Positions 19,591 through 30,824 are shown, counted from the first letter of the stretch. The stretch is 64,000 bases of DNA from an uncultured Bacteroidales bacterium (GCA_903903985.1 CAIVAT010000153.1:57352-121351); one strand, 5' to 3'. Notes: generated from the sequence alone by a model not told the origin. Numbers and translations are program-made.

Positions 19591-20701
19591 TTTAACCTCC
19601 GATCCGAGGGCACTTAAATACCTGGATTATTACCGCGAAAATGACATCAGCTATTTGGTGATATGCTGGAACCGGTCGAAAAAAAATATTGAATACCCTT
19701 CCAACTATATCGTTTACAATAAACAAGTTGAATACAATCTTGGCAAAAAAGCAATCCTTTCGAGAATTTCCTGGGGTTTATTCATTTTCAGGAAAATTTT
19801 TCATCTTCGTAAACAATGTAACGTAATTCATGCCTGCGATTTTGACACGGTGCTTCCTGCATTGCCTTTCATATTTCTCGGAAAGCGGGTTATTTTCGAC
19901 ATCTTTGATATGTTCAGCTATACCATCAGGACAAATAAAATTGTCGACTTCCTGATCGGTTTATTGGAAAATGTAAGTGTCCGGCTTTCCAGCTATGTCA
20001 TTATATGTGAGGAAGAAAGAATAAACCAAATCTGGCCCGCATTCAGAAATCCCTGTACGTTTGTTCTGCCGAATATTCCCATTGAACCTGACCCGGAAAC
20101 TTTCGACTTCACGCCGGATGGAATCGATGCCGCAAAACACGAGGGAAAACTTATACTCTCTTATGTAGGAGCGTTCTATCATGGCAGGTTCTTGACGGAG
20201 ATCATGGAAACCATTGCAGGACTTGACGGGGTGATCTTGATCATGGGTGGTTATGGCGACCGTGAGATTGAAGAAGCCTGCAGACAAAATGCTGTAAAAA
20301 ACTCGAATATTTTATATCTGGGAAGAATCAGCTATAAAAAAGCACTTGCTGTTATGAGGTACTCCGATCTGCTGATCGGAATGTATTGTGCAACCAACCG
20401 GAACCATTATTATGCAGCACCCAATAAGTTTTACGAATCCCTGATGCTGAAGAAACCATTAATAACCAGTGCGAACACAGCTGTTGGAGATAAAGTAATA
20501 AAATACGACACTGGTTTTGCAATTCATGACAGCAAGGAAGATTTAACATCTTTATTGCTATTATTGCAAAAACAACAAGTCCTGATTGATGAAAAATCAA
20601 TTAACTGCGGGAGGGTCTGGGAAAAATATTTCAAGGATTACGTTGCTCACTTTTTCTCAGCGCACTATGCCGGGATGATTAAAGCTGGCAAGAGGGGTTA
20701 A
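19565..20701 (+). CDS. GT-B fold glycosyltransferase
   Basis: The C-terminal half (LSYVGAFYHGR..ILIMGGYGD..PNKFYESLMLKKPLI) fits a GT4-like donor domain. Confidence 0.6.
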   Translation: MVIFLRANDLTSDPRALKYLDYYRENDISYLVICWNRSKKNIEYPSNYIVYNKQVEYNLGKKAILSRISWGLFIFRKIFHLRKQCNVIHACDFDTVLPALPFIFLGKRVIFDIFDMFSYTIRTNKIVDFLIGLLENVSVRLSSYVIICEEERINQIWPAFRNPCTFVLPNIPIEPDPETFDFTPDGIDAAKHEGKLILSYVGAFYHGRFLTEIMETIAGLDGVILIMGGYGDREIEEACRQNAVKNSNILYLGRISYKKALAVMRYSDLLIGMYCATNRNHYYAAPNKFYESLMLKKPLITSANTAVGDKVIKYDTGFAIHDSKEDLTSLLLLLQKQQVLIDEKSINCGRVWEKYFKDYVAHFFSAHYAGMIKAGKRG

Positions 20702-20752
20702 AAATGCCTGCCATGATGGTTTTATCATGGATGACCTGAAACAAAAAGTTTA

Positions 20753-21736
20753 ATGACAGAAAAAAGAATTCTTATTACAGGTGGGTCGGGGTTTATCGGT
20801 ACCAACGCCGTTGACTATTTTTCAAGCCTCAATGATAACATCATAAACTTTGACATCAATCCGCCAAAAAAGCCGGAACATCATCAATATTGGAGAAATG
20901 TTGATATCCGTGACAAGGCTTTGCTTGAGAAAGAGCTGATCGATTTTGCACCGACTCATGTCCTGCACCTGGCTGCCAAGCTTGGTATGGATGTAAAGGA
21001 TATCTCACTTTTTTCCGCCAATACCGATGGGGTAAAGAATCTGCTGGAATCAGCCCAGCAATGTCCTTCCCTGGAACATATCGTTTTTACTTCAAGTTTG
21101 CTTGTCTGCAAAAACGGGTATATTCCAGAATCCGATGTTGATTATTGCCCTCCCAACTTATATGGAGAGAGTAAAATGATCGGGGAAAAGGCAGTGCGGG
21201 GTTTTCAGAACCCTCATTTCACCTGGAGCATTGTGAGGCCCACCTCCATATGGGGTCCGTGGTTTGCCTACTCCTATAGAAGTTTTTTTAAAACAATTTA
21301 CAAAGGGCACTACTTTCATCTGGGTAAAACTTCGATCATCAAACCGAGTAGTTTTACGGGCAATACGGTGTTTATGATGATGAAAATTTTGTTCGGTGCC
21401 AAGCACGAGGTGCATGCAAAAACATTTTATCTTTCTGATTATCCGTTTTTCACAACAAGGCAATGGGCGGATGTCATTCAGCAGGAGATGAAAGTGCATC
21501 GCATCAGGCCCGTTCCTGTGTGGGTTCTCAGGATCGTTGGATATGCGGGCGATTTACTGAAATCAGCCGGTTGGGAAGATCCGCCAATCACCAGTTTCAG
21601 GCTCAACAATATGCTGACCGGCGGCAATTATCCGCTTGAAAACACCATGCACCTGTGCGGTCCGTTGCCATTTGCGCTGGAGGAGGGCGTTCGCATAACC
21701 ATCGAATGGATGGAGGAAACCGGCGATTTGGAGTAA
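20753..21736 (+). CDS. NAD-dependent sugar epimerase/dehydratase (extended SDR)
   Basis: ILITGGSGFIGTN Rossmann motif and YGESK (YxxxK). Confidence 0.75.
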   Translation: MTEKRILITGGSGFIGTNAVDYFSSLNDNIINFDINPPKKPEHHQYWRNVDIRDKALLEKELIDFAPTHVLHLAAKLGMDVKDISLFSANTDGVKNLLESAQQCPSLEHIVFTSSLLVCKNGYIPESDVDYCPPNLYGESKMIGEKAVRGFQNPHFTWSIVRPTSIWGPWFAYSYRSFFKTIYKGHYFHLGKTSIIKPSSFTGNTVFMMMKILFGAKHEVHAKTFYLSDYPFFTTRQWADVIQQEMKVHRIRPVPVWVLRIVGYAGDLLKSAGWEDPPITSFRLNNMLTGGNYPLENTMHLCGPLPFALEEGVRITIEWMEETGDLE

Positions 21737-21778
21737 TTAAAATTTAAGCTAATCAATTATTAAATTAATCATTCAACC

Positions 21779-22711
21779 ATGAAAAAAATTCTTGTAACCG
21801 GAGGGGCAGGGTTCATCGGAACGAATCTCTGCAACGAATTAAGGTCGCGCGGGAACAGGGTGATTGCCTGTGATCTCTACAATACAGAACGGGATGATTA
21901 CATCCGTTGTGATGTTAGGAATTACCGCCAGATCGAACAGGTTTTCAATCAATACGGCCCGTTTGACTTTGTATACCATCTTGCTGCCGAATATGGCCGC
22001 TGGAACGGCGAGGCATATTATGAAAACCTTTGGATGACCAACGCGATTGGCACCAAGAACCTGCTTCGCTTCCAGGAAGAAAGAAAATTCAGGATGATCT
22101 TTTTTTCTTCGGCAGAAGTTTATGGCGATTATGATGGCATCATGACTGAAGAGGTTATGATTGAAAACCCGGTGGGCGACACCTATCAAATGAACGATTA
22201 CGCCATTACAAAATGGGCTGGTGAATTAATGTGCCTGAACTCCACTAAAATGTTCAGGAGTGAAATTGTTCGCATACGTCCGGTCAATTGTTACGGCCCG
22301 CATGAAGAGTACACCCCTTATCGTGGTTTCATCCCGAAGTTCATCTATCATTGCCTGTTTCAAAAGCCTTTTGTGGTGCATAAAGGGCATAAGCGCATTA
22401 TTGATTACGTGGAGGACACCTGTTTTACCGTAGCCAATATCACGGAGAATTTTATACCGGGGATGGCCTACAACGTTGGCGGCCGTGTTGAATGGGAAAT
22501 GGCGGTAGAGGAGTATGCAGACCTTATTCTGAAAGCAACCGGTGCCCCGGCATCACTGATTACCTTTAAAGGCCAGGAAGCCCATACCACCCAGGTTAAA
22601 ACAATGGATTTCTCAAAAATAATCAAGGATTTGAGACATGATCCAAAAATAGATCCTGCCGAAGGAATCCGTCGCACGGTTGCCTGGATGAAAAATTATT
22701 ACAGGATTTAA
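21779..22711 (+). CDS. NAD-dependent sugar epimerase/dehydratase (extended SDR)
   Basis: [21 protein letters not shown] and YAITK. Confidence 0.75.
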   Translation: MKKILVTGGAGFIGTNLCNELRSRGNRVIACDLYNTERDDYIRCDVRNYRQIEQVFNQYGPFDFVYHLAAEYGRWNGEAYYENLWMTNAIGTKNLLRFQEERKFRMIFFSSAEVYGDYDGIMTEEVMIENPVGDTYQMNDYAITKWAGELMCLNSTKMFRSEIVRIRPVNCYGPHEEYTPYRGFIPKFIYHCLFQKPFVVHKGHKRIIDYVEDTCFTVANITENFIPGMAYNVGGRVEWEMAVEEYADLILKATGAPASLITFKGQEAHTTQVKTMDFSKIIKDLRHDPKIDPAEGIRRTVAWMKNYYRI

Positions 22712-23916
22712 TGACCATTTACCCTCAACCATTGAAAAAGAAAAGAATTCTCCTTGTTTTCGGTACCAGGCCGGAGGCCATTAAAATGGCACCGGTGGTG
22801 CATGAATTCCAGCGTAATCAGGAGCACTTCGACATGAAGGTTTGTGTAACCGCACAGCACCGGGAAATGCTCGACCAGGTGCTCAGGATCTTCCACATCA
22901 ATCCTGACTACGACCTGAACCTGATGAAACCCAACCAGGATCTGTTTGATATAACTTCCGGGGTGTTAACGGGTATGCGGGAAATCATATTGACATATCA
23001 TCCGGATGTGGTTTTTGTACATGGCGACACCACAACATCGATGGCAGTTTCACTTGCGGGATTCTACCTGTGCATCCCGGTGGCACATGTTGAAGCCGGC
23101 CTCCGGACATATAATCTTCAATCGCCCTGGCCTGAAGAAATGAACCGACAGGTGACTGACAGGATTACCACCTATTTCCTGGCTCCTACCGCATTAAGCA
23201 GGCAGAACCTGCTGGATGAAGGTCTCCCTGACGAAAACATTTGTGTAACCGGCAATACAGTGATCGATGCTTTGCACTTTATGGTCGGGAAAATAAATAA
23301 TGACCCCTCGCTGAAAAACAAACTCTCTGAAGAATTGATCGCTCATGGGTACCCGGTTGATTCGAGAGATTTACTCGATGCCAGGAGATTAATCTTAGTC
23401 ACCGGGCATCGCCGGGAGAACTTCGGCGAAGGATTTATCAATGTATGCAATGCGCTGAAAAATATTGCACTGAAACACCCCGATTGTGATATCGTCTATC
23501 CCGTACACCTGAATCCCAATGTGAGGAAACCAGTCAATGATATTCTTAGGAACATTCAGAACATTTTTCTCATTGAACCACTGGATTATGCCCCATTTGT
23601 CAGGTTGATGCAACTCTCCTACCTGATCCTGACCGACAGCGGCGGAATCCAGGAGGAAGCCCCCTCGCTGGGTAAGCCGGTCCTCGTAATGCGGGATACT
23701 ACCGAAAGGCCGGAAGCAGTAGATGCAGGGACCGTCAAACTGGTAGGAACAGATCCTGAAAAGATTTTTCGGGAAACAGATATTTTATTGACTCGAAATG
23801 ATGCTTATGAGGCCATGAGCCTCGCCCATAATCCTTACGGCGATGGAAAAGCCGCTCCCAGAATTGTCGAATTTTTAAAACAAAAACTGTATGGCAAATT
23901 ATCAGAAACGAATTGA
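22711..23916 (+). CDS. wecB: UDP-N-acetylglucosamine 2-epimerase (non-hydrolysing)
   Basis: [28 protein letters not shown] and [29 protein letters not shown]. Confidence 0.9.
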   Translation: MTIYPQPLKKKRILLVFGTRPEAIKMAPVVHEFQRNQEHFDMKVCVTAQHREMLDQVLRIFHINPDYDLNLMKPNQDLFDITSGVLTGMREIILTYHPDVVFVHGDTTTSMAVSLAGFYLCIPVAHVEAGLRTYNLQSPWPEEMNRQVTDRITTYFLAPTALSRQNLLDEGLPDENICVTGNTVIDALHFMVGKINNDPSLKNKLSEELIAHGYPVDSRDLLDARRLILVTGHRRENFGEGFINVCNALKNIALKHPDCDIVYPVHLNPNVRKPVNDILRNIQNIFLIEPLDYAPFVRLMQLSYLILTDSGGIQEEAPSLGKPVLVMRDTTERPEAVDAGTVKLVGTDPEKIFRETDILLTRNDAYEAMSLAHNPYGDGKAAPRIVEFLKQKLYGKLSETN

Positions 23917-24997
23917 AACGGTAGAGCATTACCTTGTGAATAGCGGCCTGAATGACGAGACCAAAACCTCTTTTTCCGGGAAAAACATACTCGTTACCGG
24001 GGGTGCGGGAGCAATCGGAAGCAACCTGATCATCGCACTATCTTCACTGGTCGGGAGCAGCGGGAAGATCGTTGTGCTTGATAACCTGAGTTCCATAAAA
24101 ATAAAAAACCCCTGGAACGTCGCCCCGCTCGGGAACATCATGTTCATTGAAGGGGATGTAAGGTCGGATATAGATCTTAAAAGGGTGTTTAAGGAGGATA
24201 TCTCCATTGTTTATCATCTGGCCGCTTTTTTCGCCAACCAGAATTCAGTCGATTACCCGGAGATCTCTGCAGATGTCGACATCCTGGGAATGATCCGGTT
24301 ACTGGAATATTCCCGGCTTGCAAAAATTGAACGGTTCATCTATGCATCCAGTGGATGTGCCATTTATGGTTCATACGGGCAAATGCCTCTCAAGGAGGAT
24401 TTCATCTCGATGCATCTTACGACTCCATACCAGATCAACAAGATGACAGGAGAGATGTACTGCAACTTTTATCACCACCATTATGAACTGCCTGTTGTCA
24501 ATTGCCGTTTCTTCAACTCCTACGGACCAGGTGAAGTCCCAGGACAATACCGGAATGTGATCCCTAACTTTATTTATTGGGCTTTGCAGAATAAACCATT
24601 GCCAATAACCGGAACAGGGGAAGCTACCCGGGACTTTACCTATGTTCTCGACCTGGTTCAGGGTCTTGTAAAAGGCGCCATCAACCCGAAGGCAATCGGT
24701 GAAAATTTCAACCTGGCTTCTTCTTCAGAAATGAGCATCCTGAACATGGTTCAAACGGTGAAACGCCTGACCGGAAGCACCAGTGATATTGAGCTAAAAC
24801 CTACCCGTAAGTGGGATACCAAAATGAGGTTGCTTGCTTCGATTGAAAAGGCAAATAAGCTAATCGGATATAAACCGGTCATGGATTTTGAAAACGGACT
24901 GCTGACGACCATTGAGTGGTTCAGGGATAACTGGGACCTGATTGACAACCTCGCGGATTTCAAGCCCGGTATGAGTAGTGCAGTGAGAAACAAATAA
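23891..24997 (+). CDS. NAD-dependent sugar epimerase/dehydratase (extended SDR)
   Basis: [23 protein letters not shown] and YQINK (YxxxK). Confidence 0.75.
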   Translation: MANYQKRIETVEHYLVNSGLNDETKTSFSGKNILVTGGAGAIGSNLIIALSSLVGSSGKIVVLDNLSSIKIKNPWNVAPLGNIMFIEGDVRSDIDLKRVFKEDISIVYHLAAFFANQNSVDYPEISADVDILGMIRLLEYSRLAKIERFIYASSGCAIYGSYGQMPLKEDFISMHLTTPYQINKMTGEMYCNFYHHHYELPVVNCRFFNSYGPGEVPGQYRNVIPNFIYWALQNKPLPITGTGEATRDFTYVLDLVQGLVKGAINPKAIGENFNLASSSEMSILNMVQTVKRLTGSTSDIELKPTRKWDTKMRLLASIEKANKLIGYKPVMDFENGLLTTIEWFRDNWDLIDNLADFKPGMSSAVRNK

Positions 24998-25014
24998 ATA
25001 CACCGCATATTAAA

Positions 25015-26232
25015 TTGGACAAAGAAAGAAATAACCGTGTATTGATCCTTACCGACAGGTTCTTCCCCGAGGAGTTCATCATCAATGACCTTGTTTTGGA
25101 ACTGCAGCAAGCAGGGTTCATCATGGATGTATTGACGCAGCAGCCAAGTTATCCTTCCGGCAACGTTAAACAATTCAAAGGGTTTAAAAATAAAATTTTC
25201 ACCAGGACCCGGTGGAACGGAATTACTGTATACCGGATATTCACCATCCAGGGTTATAAGAAAAGTGTATTTCTCAAAATCCTGCATTATTTCCATTTTG
25301 CCATGATGTGTTCCATGGTAATGCTGATAAAAGGAAGAACTTATGGTAAGATTTTTATTACACAAACGGGTCCGCTGACACAAGCCCTCCCTGCGGTGTT
25401 ATCAAAAAAAATCTACAAGAACAAACTAATGATCTGGACGCTCGATCTATGGCCTGATGCTGTCTACGCTTATGGATTTAAAAAGAATTCTATCCTGACA
25501 TCACTGCTCAGTTTCATAGTGAAAAGCGTTTACTCAAACATGGATGCAATTGCTGTTTCAAGCGCTGCGTTCAAAGACCGGATTATGGAATATTCGCCTG
25601 CCAAAAGAATCCATTTCATTCCGCAATGGTCAGAGATTAAAGCGAACAATGAGACTTGTTCTGTGAAACTTGACCCAAATGCACTGAATATTTCGTTTGC
25701 AGGAAACATCGGCACTTCACAGAATCTCGAACGGATTTTGCTGGGATTTCAAATCGCCCAAACAGACAACCATGAGCTGATTTTAAATCTTTTTGGAGAT
25801 GGTAATAATCTCGAAAGCCTTAAGAGGCTGGTTGCTGACCAGAAAATTGAAAATGTCGTTTTTTGGGGCAGACTGCCCCAATCTCAAATGCATGCGGTAC
25901 TGACTCAAAGCGATGTGCTTTTGATTTCATTAAAGCCCGACCCTCTTTTTGAGATGTACATTCCACTCAAATTCCCGGCATATTTATCTGTTGGCAAACC
26001 TATTTTTGCAGTGATTTCAGGTGAAGTGAAGAGACTCACCATTCAATACAATGTCGGGGTTGTTTCCGATCCTGCCGATATTATGAACATTGCCGAGGGA
26101 TTTAGCGCTTTCACCAAATTAAATGAAACCGACTTTACTACATTTGCTGAAAACACAAAAGCCTTGTCGGCCAGTCTGTTCAATAAAGAACAAATAATCA
26201 ATTCCGTGAAGTCGTTGCTGACAGACCTGTAA
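25015..26232 (+). CDS. GT-B fold glycosyltransferase (WbuB-like family 4)
   Basis: TTG start. N-terminus VLILTDRFFPEEFIINDL and the C-terminal donor domain resemble WbuB-type transferases. Confidence 0.6.
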   Translation: MDKERNNRVLILTDRFFPEEFIINDLVLELQQAGFIMDVLTQQPSYPSGNVKQFKGFKNKIFTRTRWNGITVYRIFTIQGYKKSVFLKILHYFHFAMMCSMVMLIKGRTYGKIFITQTGPLTQALPAVLSKKIYKNKLMIWTLDLWPDAVYAYGFKKNSILTSLLSFIVKSVYSNMDAIAVSSAAFKDRIMEYSPAKRIHFIPQWSEIKANNETCSVKLDPNALNISFAGNIGTSQNLERILLGFQIAQTDNHELILNLFGDGNNLESLKRLVADQKIENVVFWGRLPQSQMHAVLTQSDVLLISLKPDPLFEMYIPLKFPAYLSVGKPIFAVISGEVKRLTIQYNVGVVSDPADIMNIAEGFSAFTKLNETDFTTFAENTKALSASLFNKEQIINSVKSLLTDL

Positions 26233-26246
26233 TTCATTGTTTTTTC

Positions 26247-26783
26247 ATGATAAAAGTGAGCAAACCCTTTTTGCAACTCATTGAACCAATAAAAGGGTTA
26301 CTTCTTTTTTTGTTTCTTTCATTCCTTGTTGTCACCCTGTGGAAAGTTGTTAATCTTGATAAAATACTGTGGGATTTTCTTTTACCGTTAAATAAAACTC
26401 TAATTCTTATTGAAAGCCCGATAAATTATTTTTTTGTTTCGACCGTCTTTTCAATTGAATCAACATTTAATATTGACACCATTAAATTCGAGAACGGATA
26501 CAGCCTGATAGAAGACCCTTTATGCAGCGGACTGAAACAGGTTATTCAGTTTTCCATAATCATGGCATTCTATCCGGGCCCATGGAGAAAGAAAATATGG
26601 TACATACCCTCCGGGTGGATTATTTTGCTTATTGCAGCAATATTTCATCTTGTTATTTTATCTATTACCCTTGCACTTTCCCCCGATCATTATAATACTT
26701 TCCACGAACATTTTTCCCGCTGGTTTTTCTTTGGCGTTTTTTTTCTCCTCTGGCTGTTTTGGGAGGAGAAGTTTGTTGTTTGA
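26247..26783 (+). CDS. small exosortase/archaeosortase-family membrane protein (XrtF-like)
   Basis: 178 aa, about 5 TM spans. IEDPLCSGLKQVIQF (exosortase Cys-Ser/Asn-Gly motif), then ..FYPGPWRKK..SGW.., and a distal His (TFHEHF) before a final FFLLWLFW helix. Confidence 0.45.
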   Translation: MIKVSKPFLQLIEPIKGLLLFLFLSFLVVTLWKVVNLDKILWDFLLPLNKTLILIESPINYFFVSTVFSIESTFNIDTIKFENGYSLIEDPLCSGLKQVIQFSIIMAFYPGPWRKKIWYIPSGWIILLIAAIFHLVILSITLALSPDHYNTFHEHFSRWFFFGVFFLLWLFWEEKFVV

Positions 26784-26826
26784 CAATCCACAGGTTCAAT
26801 TATCATAATAAACTTGGTATTTACCC

Positions 26827-27903
26827 ATGAGATATTTTATATTCACCGATGATTTAAGAATAGTCTTAAGCTTTTTTTTATCACTATTCATCAGCCTTGT
26901 CCTGATCCCTTCCCTAATCGATATAGCACGTGCAAAATCTTACGTGGTCACTCCCAACGGGAGGACCTCGCATCAGCACTCCACGCCTACAATGGGCGGA
27001 ATTGCAATCTTTATAGGCAGCATCATTGCCTTTCTGATGTTTATCAAAGTTACCGCAATTCCTTCTTTCCAGTACATTATTGCCAGTGTTCTCATAATCT
27101 TTTTCATCGGGTTCAAGGATGACATCATCGGGATCTCACCCTATAAAAAATTCCTTGGACAGGTTTTTGCAGCGCTCATCGTCATCGAATTCGGAAGGAT
27201 CCTCCTGACAAACCTGCATGGTTTATTTTATATTTACCCGATTACATATAACTTCGGCCTGGTTCTATCCATCATCACGATCATCGGGATAACCAACTGT
27301 TTCAACCTGATGGATGGTATCGATGGGTTGTGTGCCAGTCTTGCCATTCTGGCATGCGCCGCTTTCGGAACCTGGTTCTACCTCACCGGCCAGTATGATT
27401 GGGTCATCCTTACAGCAGGCATTATAGGTGCTACATCAGCATTTTTATATTTCAATCTTTTCAGCAACAGGAATAAGATATTCATGGGAGATACCGGCTC
27501 CCTGTTCCTGGGATTTATCATTTCCATTATCGCGATTAAATTCAATGAAAGCAGTGTCGGAATATCTGGTGTATATGCGGTTCAGGCTGCACCGGCTGTC
27601 TCCATAGGATTCCTCATGGTTCCGATCTTTGATACGCTCAGGGTTTTTATTACCCGTATCGTCAGGAATAAACAGCCGTTCAGTCCTGATAAAACCCATA
27701 TCCATCACTACCTGCTCGATCTGGGCTTTTCACATGGGAAGGCCACACTTATTCTCACCATTACCGGTGTTCTTTTTATCGGAATTTCAATTATCCTTAA
27801 AGACCTCACCGTTTTCTGGCTTATCCTTGTCCTGGTGGGAATAGCAACCATTCTCTCCTTTATTCCCATCTATCTGTCATCAAGAAAGAAAAGGGTGGTA
27901 TAA
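26827..27903 (+). CDS. wecA: polyprenyl-phosphate HexNAc-1-phosphate transferase (WecA/MraY family)
   Basis: GFKDDIIGISP, NCFNLMDGIDGL and IFMGDTGSLFLG motifs. About 10-11 TM spans. Confidence 0.8.
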   Translation: MRYFIFTDDLRIVLSFFLSLFISLVLIPSLIDIARAKSYVVTPNGRTSHQHSTPTMGGIAIFIGSIIAFLMFIKVTAIPSFQYIIASVLIIFFIGFKDDIIGISPYKKFLGQVFAALIVIEFGRILLTNLHGLFYIYPITYNFGLVLSIITIIGITNCFNLMDGIDGLCASLAILACAAFGTWFYLTGQYDWVILTAGIIGATSAFLYFNLFSNRNKIFMGDTGSLFLGFIISIIAIKFNESSVGISGVYAVQAAPAVSIGFLMVPIFDTLRVFITRIVRNKQPFSPDKTHIHHYLLDLGFSHGKATLILTITGVLFIGISIILKDLTVFWLILVLVGIATILSFIPIYLSSRKKRVV

Positions 27904-27908
27904 CCCGC

Positions 27909-29615
27909 TTAAAACCCCACATTAATCCCCGTTAAAAACGTATTGGTCGTTCCGTCCATCATTTCGGGCTGGTAGCGTGTTTCGCCTTCCCGGTTGGAAT
28001 GCAGGTACCGGATAAAGAAATAACCGTTGTTCACAAATTCATACCTGGCAGAGAGCTCAAAAGCGTGATTCTGCCAGGTTATGTTTTGTAAAAAGGGTAC
28101 CTCGTCGACCGCATAACCGGCATTGTACTGGTACGGAACATCATCGCCATGCTGGGCAACGGTGTAGGAAGTGTTGATCATCACACCGCGCAGCGGACGC
28201 CATGAGAGTGACAAAAAGATCTCCTGGGAATTCTCTCTCATATAACTTCCCAAAACATAGCTGTTTGAGGAAAAAGTGGTGGTGGAAATATAGTGATCGT
28301 AAGTCATCGGCTGCGTTCGTGTATATTCGGCGGTGAACGCAAGGTTCCTCAAAGGGAAATTACTCAGTTGAAAACCGGCTTTAAGGCTGGTAAAATTATG
28401 TTTGTCAGGGTCCATCAGGCGCGACATTTTCCACTCATCAATGTAAAGGGAGATGAAAAGGTGCAGGTACCTGATCTGCCGGCTTGAAATATTGAAAAAG
28501 AGCTGGGAGTTGGAGCCTGCATCATTGTTGTAATTGTTCTTTGTGGCATCCACGGAATTGAAGAACAGAAACGGGATCAGGTAAAGCGGGTTGACATTGA
28601 TGTCGCTGTAAATGATCGAATTGCCAAAGGAAAGGTTCAATCCGCGCCAGGGTATGAATGTGAACATATTTGCCGCAATATACTTGTTGCGGTAAACGAT
28701 GCGGTAAACATCCCCATCATAGTAGGAACGGCTGCTGTCGACGATGTTCGAGTTCAGCCAGCCATGCATGTAATTAAAATCGAACCACCTGACGGGATTC
28801 AGGTGAAGCTGGATGTATGGAAACGCAGGTGCCTTCCCCGATAAGATATTCGCCCCATGATTGTTATCTCCCCAAACCACCCGGTCGTTCATGATCCCGA
28901 TCGATCCCCATTTCACCGAAGCTACAATCCCTCCGCGCATTTCGCTGTAGTCAGCTGAATTATTCTTCGAATCCTTGTAAACCGCTCCCGGTTCCAGGGT
29001 AAAATATTCGGGCATTGCCGTTGGAACGCTTTCGTTGTTATCGCGCAGGTTTGCATAAAATCCAAAATTCTTCCCGACATAGCCGAACATGCTGCCTCCC
29101 CACCACCGGTGATATTCAGCACCGTTTTCATTTGTCATCCATTGAATGCCTAAAATTGGACGGACGGAGAAGGTGAACAAGGAGTCTTTGTAATGATATC
29201 CGAGGGGGTTCAGGGCAACCACCATGTTTGCCTGGCCAGGGAGGAGGAAAGCGAGTTTGTGGTTGTATTCATCGGCCATGCGCGACACGTGAGGCATGAT
29301 GCGCAACGGTTCTTCAAGCTGATAGTCCTGCAGGTAAAAATCCAGCTCTTTCCGCTGACGTTTGTTGAGTTGATGGTCTGAACCATCGTAATTATAATTA
29401 AAAAGTGTATCGGTGGTGTTGGCTTCATTTAATTTCTGTGCAATATAACTCCTGGAATAGGGCTTTATGGCAGAATTCAGGGTGATAAACTTTAAATTGG
29501 CCAGTTCATCCAGAAAATCATAAATCCCGGTATTGGTTATATCCTCATATACAACCTGGGAAGATCCGGAAAAGCATAATCCTATGAAAGTCAGAATGAT
29601 AACTATTTTTTTCAT
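27909..29615 (-). CDS. wzi: outer-membrane beta-barrel, capsule-assembly Wzi-like
   Basis: Signal peptide, N-terminal helical stretch IYDFLDELANLKFI..KPYSRSYIAQKL, alternating aromatic beta-strands and a terminal F. Confidence 0.5.
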   Translation of the reverse strand: MKKIVIILTFIGLCFSGSSQVVYEDITNTGIYDFLDELANLKFITLNSAIKPYSRSYIAQKLNEANTTDTLFNYNYDGSDHQLNKRQRKELDFYLQDYQLEEPLRIMPHVSRMADEYNHKLAFLLPGQANMVVALNPLGYHYKDSLFTFSVRPILGIQWMTNENGAEYHRWWGGSMFGYVGKNFGFYANLRDNNESVPTAMPEYFTLEPGAVYKDSKNNSADYSEMRGGIVASVKWGSIGIMNDRVVWGDNNHGANILSGKAPAFPYIQLHLNPVRWFDFNYMHGWLNSNIVDSSRSYYDGDVYRIVYRNKYIAANMFTFIPWRGLNLSFGNSIIYSDINVNPLYLIPFLFFNSVDATKNNYNNDAGSNSQLFFNISSRQIRYLHLFISLYIDEWKMSRLMDPDKHNFTSLKAGFQLSNFPLRNLAFTAEYTRTQPMTYDHYISTTTFSSNSYVLGSYMRENSQEIFLSLSWRPLRGVMINTSYTVAQHGDDVPYQYNAGYAVDEVPFLQNITWQNHAFELSARYEFVNNGYFFIRYLHSNREGETRYQPEMMDGTTNTFLTGINVGF

Positions 29616-29630
29616 TGGTAAAGCTTTATA

Positions 29631-30629
29631 TCAGACCGTGTACCGGCCGGCTTTATAGAATTCAAGGTTTTCGGGCCGGGAGAACCAATCAATGGTCAAT
29701 TTCAAGCCGGCTTCAAGGCCGAAGCCAGGTTGCCAGCCAAGCAGGTCCTTCGCTTTGCGATTTTCGGCCAAGAGCCGCTCTACCTCGCTTTTTTCAGGAC
29801 GCTTCCGTTCATCAGCGGCATCGATTAAAATATTTTTCCCCATGAGTGATGCGATCTTCAGTGCCAGGTCCCCCATTGCAATTTCAGCATTATTCCCCAG
29901 GTTGATCACTTCGCCAAGGACTTGTTCACTTTCGGCAGCCTGGATAAAGCCTTTTGCCGTATCTTCCACAAAACTCAGATCGCGTGTGGGCGATGTGGAA
30001 CCGAGCGTGACCGTTCCATTCCCGGTAAGCAGCTGGGTTATAATGGTGGGAATGATTGCACGGGCCGACTGCCTGGGGCCGTAAGTATTGAATGGCCTGA
30101 CCACGGTAACGGGGGTATTGAAAGACCGGTAGAAGGTCAGAGCCAGGAAATCGGCGGAAGCTTTGGTGGCAGCATACGGCGATTGCGGATTGACCGGATG
30201 CTCTTCGGTGATGGGCACAAATTGCGCGGTTCCATAAACCTCAGAGGTGGAGGTATGAACGATGCGGCTTACGCCAAGCTGGCGCGCTGCCTGAAGAACG
30301 TTTAACGTCCCTTTTACATTGGTATCCACGTAAGTATCGGGAGAATGGTACGAGTAAGGGATCCCGATCAGCGCGGCCAGGTGAAATACGATCTCGCAGC
30401 CCTTCATGGCCTCCCGCACACCGTTCGGATCGCGGATATCACCGGTGAAAACCTCGATTTTTTTCTTTTTCTCTTCGGGAAAATAGTCAAGCCATCCCCA
30501 TCGGTTAAATGAATTATAGTGGATAAAAACCCTGACATTACAACCCATTTCCAGCAATTTCTCCGTCAGGTGGCTCCCAATAAACCCAGCTCCCCCGGTA
30601 ACCAACACTTTTTTACCAATAACCTCCAT
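29631..30629 (-). CDS. NAD-dependent sugar 4,6-dehydratase/epimerase (extended SDR)
   Basis: [27 protein letters not shown] and RPFNTYGPRQ. Confidence 0.8.
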   Translation of the reverse strand: MEVIGKKVLVTGGAGFIGSHLTEKLLEMGCNVRVFIHYNSFNRWGWLDYFPEEKKKKIEVFTGDIRDPNGVREAMKGCEIVFHLAALIGIPYSYHSPDTYVDTNVKGTLNVLQAARQLGVSRIVHTSTSEVYGTAQFVPITEEHPVNPQSPYAATKASADFLALTFYRSFNTPVTVVRPFNTYGPRQSARAIIPTIITQLLTGNGTVTLGSTSPTRDLSFVEDTAKGFIQAAESEQVLGEVINLGNNAEIAMGDLALKIASLMGKNILIDAADERKRPEKSEVERLLAENRKAKDLLGWQPGFGLEAGLKLTIDWFSRPENLEFYKAGRYTV

Positions 30630-30824
30630 AAAACATAATTATTTATGTCGAACAAGAGTTGAATTTTGTTAAAACACGTTTCAACCCTTGATTCGTATTA
30701 TTTGGTAAAAATAGGGAATTCCGGGTTTATACGGCCACCTGTCAATTAAATTTGCGGGGTATCTCAATCTGCAGTAATTTTACATTTTCAAATACGATTT
30801 ACCGATTTCCCAAATTTTACCCGG

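Noticed and set aside
26784-26826. XrtF-associated partner gene next to the exosortase-like gene
   Set aside because: The flanks are a glycosyltransferase and wecA, with only 14- and 43-nt spacers. There is no room for a partner ORF.
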